Shown: piece after piece, positions 52,808-61,892 of the stretch
How positions within the stretch are numbered: the stretch's first letter is position 1
How the letters are laid out: each line of letters opens with the position of its first letter
Source of the DNA: an uncultured Verrucomicrobiae bacterium
GTDB lineage: Bacteria > Verrucomicrobiota > Verrucomicrobiia > Chthoniobacterales > JAFAMB01
NCBI GenBank assembly: GCA_963837955.1
Contig: CAWIPH010000002.1
Coordinates: forward strand, 3,424,001 to 3,488,000
DNA: 64,000 bases
Direction: 5' to 3'
Position numbers and translations under genes: made by a program
The notes under the pieces: model-generated
Seen by the model: the letters and a program-made list of their open reading frames with translations, nothing else
Database searches by the model: none
What the model was told of the DNA's origin: nothing

Positions 52808-53272
52808 CTAGTTACCGATCGGCGGCCCATCGTATACATCCGTCCGATGGACTTCCATCATGCGTTCAGGCCGGGCGACGAGCGAAAAACCAAATTGTCG
52901 ATAAAGAGTATGCGCGTCGGCCGTCACCAGCAACCAGCGCCGTAAACCCTGCAACTCCGGATGAGCAAGAACAATCTGGATCAGGCGCTTGGACAGTCCC
53001 TGGCCGCGATGCTCGGCCAGAATAAAGACGTCTCCGAGGTAAGCAAACGTCGCCCGATCAGTCGTTACCCGGGCGAATCCTACCTGTTTCCGGACGGATC
53101 CAGGTTCGTCTTTCGGACCGACCTGATAAACACCAAAAGGAATCGAGTGAGCTACCGACTTCGCCACGATTTCCCGAGGTACGCCGCGCGCCCAATAGCT
53201 TTCCTCTGAAAGAAACCGCCAAACAACGTCGATATCGATCCAGGTAGGGTCAGAGCTAATCACGTAATTCAT
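52808..53272 (-). CDS. GNAT N-acetyltransferase
   Basis: SYWA, QVGFARV.TD.ATFAYL.DVF, RGQGL, LYRQFGF. Confidence 0.92.
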   Translation of the reverse strand: MNYVISSDPTWIDIDVVWRFLSEESYWARGVPREIVAKSVAHSIPFGVYQVGPKDEPGSVRKQVGFARVTTDRATFAYLGDVFILAEHRGQGLSKRLIQIVLAHPELQGLRRWLLVTADAHTLYRQFGFSLVARPERMMEVHRTDVYDGPPIGN

Positions 53273-53290
53273 GAGGCAATAGGTCAGCCG

Positions 53291-54043
53291 CTATCGGACA
53301 GGGGTTCGCACTTCACGGTTCACGGTTCGCCGGTTTCGGACACTGGACTCCCGCTTCCCACCCTTCAGCTTTTCCAACTCGGCAGCCCGCAACATCCGGA
53401 ACGCGCCTGGTTTAAGGCTTGGATCGACTAGTTGGCCTATCTTTGTTCGTTCCAAGCGTTTCACCTTATAGTCCAGCGCGGCAAATACTCGACGGACCTG
53501 TCGTTTGATCCCTTGCGTTAGCACGACACGAACCTGACGTGGATTGACCTTGTAGATCGCGTCAAATCGGGCCCTCCCTTCTGCCAAGTAAACTCCCTTT
53601 TTTACCTTCGCCGATTCCGCCATGTCGAAGTCGCGATCGAGAGTCACGAGATATTCCTTTGGTAATTTGTAGCGGGGATGAGTTAACCGAAGCGCCAACT
53701 CGCCGTCGTTTGTAAGCAACAACAATCCTTCAGACTCGAGATCCAACCGGCCGACATGCGCAAGTCTAGGCAAATGTTTTGGCAACAAGTCGTAGATTGT
53801 CGAGCGCGAACGATCGTCTGACTTGGTCGTCAAATATCCAGGCGGCTTGTTCAGCAACAGATAAACGAATTCCTGGGCTTTAACGATTTTGCCGTCGACT
53901 CGAACGTGATCCTCGGTCGTGACCTGGGTCGCCAGCTCCGTGCAAACCTTTCCGTTCACCGAAATTCGGCCCGCGCGGATGAGATCCTCCGCGCCGCGGC
54001 GGGAAGCTACTCCGGTCAATGCCAGAAATCGATTGAGGCGCAT
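53291..54043 (-). CDS. RsuA/RluB-family pseudouridine synthase
   Basis: S4 domain, LNKPPG, GRLDLESEGLLLLTNDG. Confidence 0.93.
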   Translation of the reverse strand: MRLNRFLALTGVASRRGAEDLIRAGRISVNGKVCTELATQVTTEDHVRVDGKIVKAQEFVYLLLNKPPGYLTTKSDDRSRSTIYDLLPKHLPRLAHVGRLDLESEGLLLLTNDGELALRLTHPRYKLPKEYLVTLDRDFDMAESAKVKKGVYLAEGRARFDAIYKVNPRQVRVVLTQGIKRQVRRVFAALDYKVKRLERTKIGQLVDPSLKPGAFRMLRAAELEKLKGGKRESSVRNRRTVNREVRTPVR

Positions 54044-54048
54044 GGGAA

Positions 54049-54079
54049 TAAAAAAAGCGCCGCATTACCGGCGCCTTTC
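54049..54079 (-). terminator. Intrinsic terminator after the small basic protein gene
   Basis: Minus strand: AAAGGCGCCG-GTAATG-CGGCGCTTTTTTT. Confidence 0.75.
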
Positions 54080-54098
54080 GCAAACTTGTTGGGAGCGA

Positions 54099-54254
54099 TT
54101 AAGCGTCCGGCTTCGTCTTCGGCAAACCGATAACCCGGTCGCCAGGTTTAAATACCCCGCGTTTCTTCAGTAATTCGACCCTCTCGAAACGCTTGAGCAC
54201 GTTGCGCTTTGTCTGGATCGTACTGGCCCCTTTTAGACTCCGATGTTGTGACAT
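54099..54254 (-). CDS. PVC-superphylum signature small basic protein (51 aa, not in ORF track)
   Basis: MSQHRSLKGASTIQTKRNVLKRFERVELLKKRGVFKPGDRVIGLPKTKPDA, with the RNVLKR.ER…GLPK pattern. Confidence 0.9.
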   Translation of the reverse strand: MSQHRSLKGASTIQTKRNVLKRFERVELLKKRGVFKPGDRVIGLPKTKPDA

Positions 54255-54524
54255 GAAAGTACCTCGATTGGAACGCCGAAATTACCATAGTGATGACCAA
54301 TAGCAAATGGCCAATGGCAATTTGCCTATCGGCGATTTCATTCGGTAACCCTGGGCTTCCTAGGCTATGTTGAACCACGCCTTCCGCCTTCGTAAATCTA
54401 TCCCCCACAATCTTTGCAACGCAGGTCTACGGCGGACAAGTCGGCGCTCTAGCGAATACCGATCACCCATCACCGGCTCGCGACGAAGCCTTCTAGCTTC
54501 TAAATTCTAACTTCCAGCTTCCGA

Positions 54525-55070
54525 TCAGATCAGGCCCAACTTCATTTTGCCGACTTCACTGATCATGTGCTGGTTCCAAGGCGGATCCCAAACCAGCTCA
54601 ACGGATGCCTCGTCTACGCCCGAGATTCCCAAAATCTTTAACTTGGCGTCTTGGGCAATGGCCGGACCCATCCCGCACCCCGGAGCGGTCAAAGTCATTT
54701 TCACGTCTACGCGCGTTCCCGCTTCCGGCGATTTCGTAACTTGGCAGTCGTAAACCAACCCAAGGTCCACGATGTTTACCGGGATTTCTGGATCATATAC
54801 TGTCCGAAGTAGATCCCATACTTCGGCTTCCTCTACGTCGCCGTTCGACCGTTCCCTTTCGTTTTGGTCGGCGCTGCGTTCCAGCCCTAAAACATCAGCG
54901 TCTTCCTCATTGATTCGAAAAAGCCCGTAATCACACGCAATCGTGTAGCTACCGCCCAGGTTTTGCGTGATGATGACCTTGGTACCTTTCGGAATCGTAG
55001 TTTTCAATCCAGCCGGAATTTGAATCGCTTCACAATCCCGCGACAATTCGATCTCGTTGTGGTCGCTCAT
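54525..55070 (-). CDS. sufT: Fe-S cluster assembly protein SufT (DUF59)
   Basis: VYDPEIPVNIVDLGLVY, MTLTAPGCGMG, VWDPPW. Confidence 0.9.
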   Translation of the reverse strand: MSDHNEIELSRDCEAIQIPAGLKTTIPKGTKVIITQNLGGSYTIACDYGLFRINEEDADVLGLERSADQNERERSNGDVEEAEVWDLLRTVYDPEIPVNIVDLGLVYDCQVTKSPEAGTRVDVKMTLTAPGCGMGPAIAQDAKLKILGISGVDEASVELVWDPPWNQHMISEVGKMKLGLI

Positions 55071-55543
55071 TTGGAACTTTCTAAAACAATTTTCTTGGGT
55101 GTCGGAGATTGCTCCTGAAATTGCTGAAGCAATGTTGGAGCAACCGGTGATTGCTGCGGACTCTCCTCGGACGACAAGGCTGACCTCAGCGCTCCCTCAA
55201 CCAGTTGGGCACAATGAATCTTGACCGGCGGCAACGGCCCCAGGGGAGCTGACAATTCGGTGCTTCCCATGGACAACGCTTCTTCGGCGGTCTTGCCGGT
55301 AATGAGCTCCGTTGCCACACTCGCTACGGCGATCGCGGTCTCACAACCGAAAGTTTGGAAAGTCGCTCGATCAATGACCCGTTTGCCATCTTCCTCCTTG
55401 AATTTAATCCACATCCGCAACATGTCGCCACAATCGGCGTTCCCGACGGTACCCACTGCATCGGCGCCCTCGAGCTCACCCAGGTTCTTTGGGCTTTTAA
55501 TCGCTTCTTCAATCCGACGGGAAATATCTTCGGGCGCGCTCAT
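55067..55543 (-). CDS. IscU/NifU-type Fe-S scaffold
   Basis: PKNLG, GNADCGD, TFGC, PPVKIHC (three Cys). Confidence 0.9.
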   Translation of the reverse strand: MSAPEDISRRIEEAIKSPKNLGELEGADAVGTVGNADCGDMLRMWIKFKEEDGKRVIDRATFQTFGCETAIAVASVATELITGKTAEEALSMGSTELSAPLGPLPPVKIHCAQLVEGALRSALSSEESPQQSPVAPTLLQQFQEQSPTPKKIVLESSK

Positions 55544-55545
55544 TT

Positions 55546-56100
55546 TTACTCCAGATGGTAACGGGGCAGTGCGGGATCGATGCGAACACTCCAGGCATCG
55601 ATACCGCCGGCTAAGGATTTCGCCTCAGTGAATCCATGACCGGCGAAAAACGCGGCTGCATCTAGACTGCGGACCCCGTGATGACAAACAAACACAATGT
55701 CGCGCTCTTTCGGCCAGGAAGTAAGCATTTCTTGCATAAGCTCCTGCGTGAGGAACTGTGACTCGTCCAGGTGGACAGCGTCCCATTCTTCCCGGCTCCG
55801 GACATCAACGATTGCGAGATCGGCTCCGGATCCATCTTTGAGCCGTAGCGATAGATCTTCCGGCTCGATCTGCATTTTCTGCTCAGCATCGTGCGCAGAA
55901 AGAATTGTTTCGATTACTTGATCGACCGGCAAGTCGTTGTTCCGTTGACAAACCTGAGCCAAGGTCTCGTCTGACCGGAAGCCGCAACTCGAGCAACCGC
56001 CAATATGATAAGCCCGAAACAAAGCCCTCTGGGCGCCCGGAAACTCCTGCAACAAGTCGGACATCGTCACGTCCGGATCGATGGTTCGCGTTTGACTCAC
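55546..56100 (-). CDS. Rhodanese-domain sulfurtransferase with an N-terminal CxxC domain
   Basis: HIGGCSSCG; DVR..EEW…VCHHGVRS…LAGGIDAW…DP.LPRY. Confidence 0.88.
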   Translation of the reverse strand: MSQTRTIDPDVTMSDLLQEFPGAQRALFRAYHIGGCSSCGFRSDETLAQVCQRNNDLPVDQVIETILSAHDAEQKMQIEPEDLSLRLKDGSGADLAIVDVRSREEWDAVHLDESQFLTQELMQEMLTSWPKERDIVFVCHHGVRSLDAAAFFAGHGFTEAKSLAGGIDAWSVRIDPALPRYHLE

Positions 56101-56194
56101 AAGGAGTACGCTTGCACGGCAGGGAACTAAAAGCAAAGGCTGTGAGCCAATTCAGGGTCGCACTCCCCACGACAAGTTAGGATCTCAAAATCCA

Positions 56195-56551
56195 ATGTCC
56201 ACTCTCAAATATATCTGCCAGCGCTGCACGAATTGCTGTCGCTGGCCCGGCTTTGTGCGCTTGACCGACGAAGATATCGCCAGAATCGCTGCATACCTCG
56301 AGCAATCCGAATTCCGTTTCATTCAAAACTACACGCGGCTCAGGCCGCACCGGGACGGTTTGGCACTGAAGGACAGGGTGGACGGGAGTTGCATTTTCCT
56401 AAACGGACGAAATTGCGCTATCCACGACGTCAAGCCCGCGCAATGTGCCGGCTTCCCTAATGAATGGCAGTTTCCCGATTGGCGAACTGTCTGCGAGGCT
56501 GTTCCGGTCGAGGCACCCGAAGATGAACGACAAACGGCAAATGAGATATGA
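56195..56551 (+). CDS. YkgJ-family cysteine cluster protein
   Basis: CQRCTNCC, CIFL…CAIH..KP.QC..FP. Confidence 0.9.
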   Translation: MSTLKYICQRCTNCCRWPGFVRLTDEDIARIAAYLEQSEFRFIQNYTRLRPHRDGLALKDRVDGSCIFLNGRNCAIHDVKPAQCAGFPNEWQFPDWRTVCEAVPVEAPEDERQTANEI

Positions 56552-57402
56552 CAAATAATCGGCGGAATGGCTGTTCCGCGCGGCCGTGGGCCATTTGCCC
56601 ACCCGTCATTTCTCCACGCACCGCCGCTGCCCCTATCGGCCTGAGCCGGAAAATAGGGCTTCTCTTCTAGACTGCGCCGGACCAACCGCCGCACGACCGC
56701 CACGTCCTGCAGCATTTTCAGACTGTCGCTCACTACCCGCACTTTGGAGTCAGGGGAATTCGACCAATGCACCGGCATCTCCATCACGTTGAAACCCAAT
56801 GCTCTTGCCAATAGCAACACCTCGACATCGAAAGAAAATCCATCGGTTTTCTGCCGTTGAAAAATGGCCTGACACGCGGTCTGCCGAAATCCTTTGAAAC
56901 CGCATTGCGTGTCTCGGATCTTGATTCCGGCCAACCAACGCACCAGACCGTTAAAGGTCTTTCCCATCCGTTCCCGCATCCAGCTTTGATGCTGAATAAT
57001 CTCGCTGTCCGGATGTTGGCGATTGCCCACCAGGAGTTGCAGATCGCGCTCGGACTCGAAAACTGCCAAAGCGCGGTCTATCTCATACAATGGAGTACTT
57101 AGGTCGGCGTCGGTAAAAAATACCAGCTCTCCGGTGCTGGCTAGCATTCCGGACCGGACAGCGAACCCTTTGCCTCGATGTACCCGGTTCCCGATAACCT
57201 TTAATTGCGGAAAGGTTTTGGTGGCCGCTTGAGCTATCGCGAGTGTCTGATCAGTACTAGATTCTACGACGATTATAACCTCGAATCGAAAAGTCCAGCG
57301 GCTGCAATGTTCCTTGAGCGCCCGCAGGGTTTCCGGCAATCGCCGCGCCTCATTGTAAGCCGGAATTACGAGTGAGAGGTGAGGCAGAATCTGTGTGGAC
57401 AT
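56329..57402 (-). CDS. GT2 polyprenol-phosphate glycosyltransferase (dolichyl-P beta-glucosyltransferase-like); 3' end uncertain
   Basis: VIPAYNE, GKGFAVR.G, FTDADLS, DTQCGFK, FDVE. Confidence 0.9.
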   Translation of the reverse strand: MSTQILPHLSLVIPAYNEARRLPETLRALKEHCSRWTFRFEVIIVVESSTDQTLAIAQAATKTFPQLKVIGNRVHRGKGFAVRSGMLASTGELVFFTDADLSTPLYEIDRALAVFESERDLQLLVGNRQHPDSEIIQHQSWMRERMGKTFNGLVRWLAGIKIRDTQCGFKGFRQTACQAIFQRQKTDGFSFDVEVLLLARALGFNVMEMPVHWSNSPDSKVRVVSDSLKMLQDVAVVRRLVRRSLEEKPYFPAQADRGSGGAWRNDGWANGPRPRGTAIPPIICHISFAVCRSSSGASTGTASQTVRQSGNCHSLGKPAHCAGLTSWIAQFRPFRKMQLPSTLSFSAKPSRCGLSRV

Positions 57403-57495
57403 GTCGCGGAGTTCGCATAATATCACCGCCTCTGTGGCGTCGGACACCTGGCGCGCTCCGTGCGTGCCGAGTTCACCGCCTCCTAAACGCAAGAA

Positions 57496-59106
57496 ATGAT
57501 CAGACGTCAACTTTTAATTCCGCTCCTCATTCTGCTGGTTGCCGCGATTGTCCGGTTGATTTTTTTGGACATCAAGCCCCCGCACTTCGACGAAGGGATC
57601 AATGGTTGGTTCTGCGATCAGATGGCCGCCCAAGGTTTTTACAAGTACGATCCGGCTAATTACCACGGCCCTCTTCACTTTTACGTGCTCCGGCTCTTCT
57701 TGACGTTGTTCGGCCGGAACCTCTGGGCATTACGATTGCCGACCGTTTTAGTGGGAATAGCGGGAGTTGGTTTCACTTTTCTTTTCAGCCGGTTCTTCGG
57801 AAAAGTTGTCACCTATATCGCCGCGTTCGCTATGGCGATCTCTCCTGCCTTCGTCTTTTACGAACGGTACGCCATCCACGAAACCTGGTTAGTCTTATTC
57901 CTGCTGATCACACTTTGGGGTCTTCTGTGCTGGTACTCAGATCCCACCCCGTGGAGTGTCTGGGCTACCATCCTGGGAATCACCGGGATGATTCTTACAA
58001 AAGAGACCTACGTCATTCATCTGCTTGCTTTCGCGCTCGCAGCTTTCTTCGCTTGGATAATTGGATTGATTCGCCCGCCGTCCGAACCGATCGAACGAAC
58101 CCGCGCTCGGATACCCTGGGCCCACGTCGGCGTCGCAACCGGGGTCGGCCTCGCCCTGATTATTTTTTTCTATTCCGGAAATTTTCTGAATTGGTCCGGA
58201 CTGACGGGCCTTTATCGAACGTTCTCTCACTGGCTAAACACCGGAGTAGGCGCCCAATCCGGTCACGAAAAACCAGACTACGATATCTCGGTCGTTCCCC
58301 ACTTTCTCCGGCACGTTCCGGTTCTGGCCAGTTTGGCGAAGATCAAATTAAATTGGTATTGGATCAAATTACTGGCGGTCTATGAGTGGATAGCTATTGC
58401 GGGCCTCGTTTTCTCCGTTCGTTACCTCGTTGGCGGCAAGGGGGCTCTTCGGTATCTCGCAATCTACGCATGGGGCGTCTTGTTCGCCTATAGCATCATC
58501 GCTTACAAGACACCTTGGTGCATTATTTCGATCGAATGGCCGTTCCTGTTTCTGGCCGGCGATTGCTTGGTTTTCTTCTGGAAATTGTTTCCCAGATACG
58601 TCAAGCCGCTCGCTGTGGCCGGAGCCCTTCCGCTTTTCGGCTTAATGGGGTATCGCTCCTATTTTGTGAATTACGTCCGGTACGATAATCCGAAAGAAAT
58701 GTACGCGTACGTGCAAACGTACCGCGACTACCAGAAATTCGTAGATCCGATCGTTAAAAAAGGCCAGAAAGACTCTGCCGCCAAGGTCCGGCTTCGAGGA
58801 TTGATCCTGCTCAAGAGTTACTTCCCAATACCGTGGGTGATCGACGAGTTTCGCAACGTCGCATACTACGAGAATGGAGACGAAAAGTGGCCCGACAATG
58901 TCGATGCAGATTTCATCGCCGTGGACGGTTCCGATTTTGAGGATCTTGAGTATCGACTCAAGCAACGTTATTTCGTCACCGAATTCCGGCTCAGAGATGG
59001 GATGGACCCGTGCAGAGCCTATTTTCGATACGACACATTCAAGGATATTTTCCCGGGGCGAACTCCCGAATTTGAACCAGTAGCAGCGTCGGAATCATCG
59101 GAATGA
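57496..59106 (+). CDS. GT-C (PMT-like) membrane glycosyltransferase, TIGR03663/Agl23-like
   Basis: PHFDEG, YDP..YHGP, RLP, SP…YERYAIHE, TKET, YKTPW; many TM helices. Confidence 0.8.
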   Translation: MIRRQLLIPLLILLVAAIVRLIFLDIKPPHFDEGINGWFCDQMAAQGFYKYDPANYHGPLHFYVLRLFLTLFGRNLWALRLPTVLVGIAGVGFTFLFSRFFGKVVTYIAAFAMAISPAFVFYERYAIHETWLVLFLLITLWGLLCWYSDPTPWSVWATILGITGMILTKETYVIHLLAFALAAFFAWIIGLIRPPSEPIERTRARIPWAHVGVATGVGLALIIFFYSGNFLNWSGLTGLYRTFSHWLNTGVGAQSGHEKPDYDISVVPHFLRHVPVLASLAKIKLNWYWIKLLAVYEWIAIAGLVFSVRYLVGGKGALRYLAIYAWGVLFAYSIIAYKTPWCIISIEWPFLFLAGDCLVFFWKLFPRYVKPLAVAGALPLFGLMGYRSYFVNYVRYDNPKEMYAYVQTYRDYQKFVDPIVKKGQKDSAAKVRLRGLILLKSYFPIPWVIDEFRNVAYYENGDEKWPDNVDADFIAVDGSDFEDLEYRLKQRYFVTEFRLRDGMDPCRAYFRYDTFKDIFPGRTPEFEPVAASESSE

Positions 59107-60830
59107 AATTTTCGCTCGTTGTTCTGGCCTGGATCGCGATCGCTACCTGTCTTGGCATCGCCTTTGGCTATTCTCCGTTAGGGTTGACTCCCTTGACCGC
59201 AATGATTTCGCTAGCGGGCGGATTTATTCTTGCAGCGATCGGAGTGTTGTTTGAGCGGAAACCATTCTTCTCACCATTCGAGAAAGTGCAGATCACCGGA
59301 GTGATCTGTGCATTGATCTTTCTCGCGTTTGCGGCCCGCGTATTCCTCCAACTGATCTGGACAGAAGACGGCACGATTAAGGTGCTTTCTCCGAATAATC
59401 TCGGCGACATCTGCCTGCATTTGACACACATCAATTTTCTGGCTTCGAACCCCCAATTCTGGCCAGAGAATCCGATCTATGCGTTTGACCAGCTTCGCTA
59501 TCCGGTCGGAATAGATCTGTTCAACGCGGAACTCAAACTGGTCGGGATCGAGCCGCGACTTGGAATGATTCTCATCGCGCTGCTTTGCTCTGTCGTTACG
59601 CTCCGTTCGCTATTCCTTTTCGGCGGGCCGTTCATTGTAGCTGCATTTTTGTTCAACGGAGGACTGGCTGGATTCCAATTTTTTCACGGCTGGGAGCTTC
59701 AGGACTTTCAAGCAAAACTGCCATGGGCGTCGATTCCGTTGGCCTTGTTTGTAACGCAACGCGGGTTGCTCTATGCCATCCCCGCCGGACTACTGTTGCT
59801 TACGCACTGGCGATCCCTCTTTTCGGACAGACCGGAAGCGGTTCGATTGCCTTGGTGGGGCGAATGCTTGTTGTACGCCACCATGCCTGTATTCCATCTG
59901 CACACTTTTATCTTTCTCTCCTTCTTGCTGCTTTGGTGGTTTTTGTTCGGCAATCCAAACTGGCGCCTGCACCTCGTCAGGCTGGTGGCTCTTTCCATCA
60001 TACCAGCAACTCTCCTTGTTTATTGCGTTACTGGCTTCGGCAAAACCGACGCTCTGGCTTGGCAGCCAGGTTGGATGAATCCCGCCAACGAGTCGCCCTG
60101 GTGGTTTTGGTTCAACAATTTCGGTTTCGTGTTGCCGCTTTCGTTGGCTCTCCTCGTCTATCTTTGTATCCCGGAGGGAAACGATATCTACAAGAGCAAG
60201 ACTGTGCTTCGTCGCTTCTTCTTTCCGGCCGTCGTCGCTTTTGTTGCTTGCGCGTTGATTCGCTTTGCTCCGTGGGCCTGGGACAACACGAAACTATTTT
60301 TCTGGGCCTATATGCTCTTAATGTATTGCATCTGGGAAGCGTTTCTCCGCCGCTGGCATCCAGCGATTCGCATCCCGATCTTTATAGCCCTATTTTTTTC
60401 CGGTTTTATCAGTTTAGCGGGAGGCTTGGCGCCGAGCCAGGAAAACGGTTACGACATTGGTGAAGAAGCTGAATGGAACGGCGTTGCCGATAGCCTCAAA
60501 AATTTCTCGCCGGAAGCTGTTTTTGCGACTTATCCCACCTATGACCATCCGGTTTTAGTAACAGGCCATCGCGCAGTTCTTGGCTATGAAGGCCACCTTT
60601 GGAGCCACGGTCTAGATTATCGCTCCTATCTCGAGCTGCTGAATAAAGGAATGTTAGGTCAATCGGGTTGGGAAGATGCTTTTCGCGAGTTAAATGCCGA
60701 CTACTTGTTCTGGGGTAACTTTGAAGAAGAGAACTACCAGGGCACGACTCGGGCCTGGGAGCACCTGCCGACCGTCTCCGAGTCGCCCTGGGGTCGAGTT
60801 TACGATTTGCGTGGTCTGAAAACACATTGA
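59103..60830 (+). CDS. Polytopic GT-C-like membrane protein
   Basis: NLGD..LH…WPENP…YP, QRG, WDNTK, GHLWSHG; ATGA-coupled to the upstream gene. Confidence 0.65.
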   Translation: MKFSLVVLAWIAIATCLGIAFGYSPLGLTPLTAMISLAGGFILAAIGVLFERKPFFSPFEKVQITGVICALIFLAFAARVFLQLIWTEDGTIKVLSPNNLGDICLHLTHINFLASNPQFWPENPIYAFDQLRYPVGIDLFNAELKLVGIEPRLGMILIALLCSVVTLRSLFLFGGPFIVAAFLFNGGLAGFQFFHGWELQDFQAKLPWASIPLALFVTQRGLLYAIPAGLLLLTHWRSLFSDRPEAVRLPWWGECLLYATMPVFHLHTFIFLSFLLLWWFLFGNPNWRLHLVRLVALSIIPATLLVYCVTGFGKTDALAWQPGWMNPANESPWWFWFNNFGFVLPLSLALLVYLCIPEGNDIYKSKTVLRRFFFPAVVAFVACALIRFAPWAWDNTKLFFWAYMLLMYCIWEAFLRRWHPAIRIPIFIALFFSGFISLAGGLAPSQENGYDIGEEAEWNGVADSLKNFSPEAVFATYPTYDHPVLVTGHRAVLGYEGHLWSHGLDYRSYLELLNKGMLGQSGWEDAFRELNADYLFWGNFEEENYQGTTRAWEHLPTVSESPWGRVYDLRGLKTH

Positions 60831-60920
60831 AGCGATCGTCATTGTTCCGCAGAGACGCAATGAAGTAGCCCAATCCCGCGGCTGCGCATGCGCGTCAAAA
60901 ACATAAGGCCGACGTCTGGT

Positions 60921-60983
60921 CTTCTGCCCCAGGGAGGGCGCGCGTCCTCGTGCGCCGCGGATCGCGAGGACGCGATCCCTCCC
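60921..60983. repeat. REP-like palindromic element (related to 41166-41246)
   Basis: GGGAGGGCGCGCGTCCTCGTGCGCCGCGGATCGCGAGGACGCGATCCCTCCC, between convergent genes. Confidence 0.8.
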
Positions 60984-60996
60984 GCCCAGGGCGCGC

Positions 60997-61797
60997 TCAG
61001 ATCGCTTTTTGACCACTCGCTATGTCGTTAGCTGCCGGCGGGAACAGCACCAGTTGCTTTACCGCCGACTTTTGGCCCACGTAATTGGGGATACCAAATC
61101 CGCCTTTCACATGATCCCGGCCGGTGAGCACCAAGAGCTTCGTCTTTGGATGAGTTCGCCTGAATTCTAATATCGTTTTCGCCATGGTTTGATCCCAGAG
61201 ATTCTGCGCAGCGAAGAAGCGCGATAAATCAGCTTCCTGCATCCCCGGATGCTCGCCTAACAGCTGAACGAAATTTTGGTAAGCACCTGCCGGAATCGTA
61301 AACTCGGTCGGAATCTTGTTCGATTCTTCAGGAGATAACTGCTCTCCACGGGCGACCTTGTGTGCTAGCTCCGAAGAAGCGTTTAGTGCAACGTTCTTTA
61401 TTTTTGCTTTACCGTTCGTCCGCAAGATCTCCGCGTACAACGGAGAATACGTTCCCCAAGATTTTTGGAGGCCGGTCTGTGCGACCATGTCGTCGAGCGA
61501 AAGTTTCCGCTGATCGAACCGATCCAACTCCGTTTGCTGGCTTCGATCGAACATTTCCCAACCGACCGCGAAACGTATTCCCCGACGGATCATTCCCCGG
61601 ATCAACTCGAGTTCGTACTCATGGTTGCTTCGATCATCGTGCACCTCGCCGACGTAAATCACATCGGCAACTGCAACTCCCCGCCAGAACTCCGCATCGT
61701 TTTGTGCGGTCGCGGACGATTTCACCCCGGAGTGAACAGCACAGGAACATAGGCTAAACGCCAAAAAGAATGCGGGACCTATCGACCATTGCTTCAT
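60997..61797 (-). CDS. ChaN-family lipoprotein
   Basis: Lipoprotein-like signal, YVGEVHD, WEMF, ALN, AQNLWDQTMA, GRDH. Confidence 0.85.
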   Translation of the reverse strand: MKQWSIGPAFFLAFSLCSCAVHSGVKSSATAQNDAEFWRGVAVADVIYVGEVHDDRSNHEYELELIRGMIRRGIRFAVGWEMFDRSQQTELDRFDQRKLSLDDMVAQTGLQKSWGTYSPLYAEILRTNGKAKIKNVALNASSELAHKVARGEQLSPEESNKIPTEFTIPAGAYQNFVQLLGEHPGMQEADLSRFFAAQNLWDQTMAKTILEFRRTHPKTKLLVLTGRDHVKGGFGIPNYVGQKSAVKQLVLFPPAANDIASGQKAI

Positions 61798-61892
61798 ATT
61801 GCTCGGCGAAACGCCAACCCTCGTCATCAGGAGAAGGCTACGCAAGTTCCGATCATCTTGATTGCGACCTTCTTTCGGTAAACCGTAGCCGC

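Noticed and set aside
59585..60463. 292-aa alternative-frame ORF and many other overlapping or antisense ORFs in the track
   Set aside because: Shadow ORFs of well-supported genes, with no recognisable motifs.
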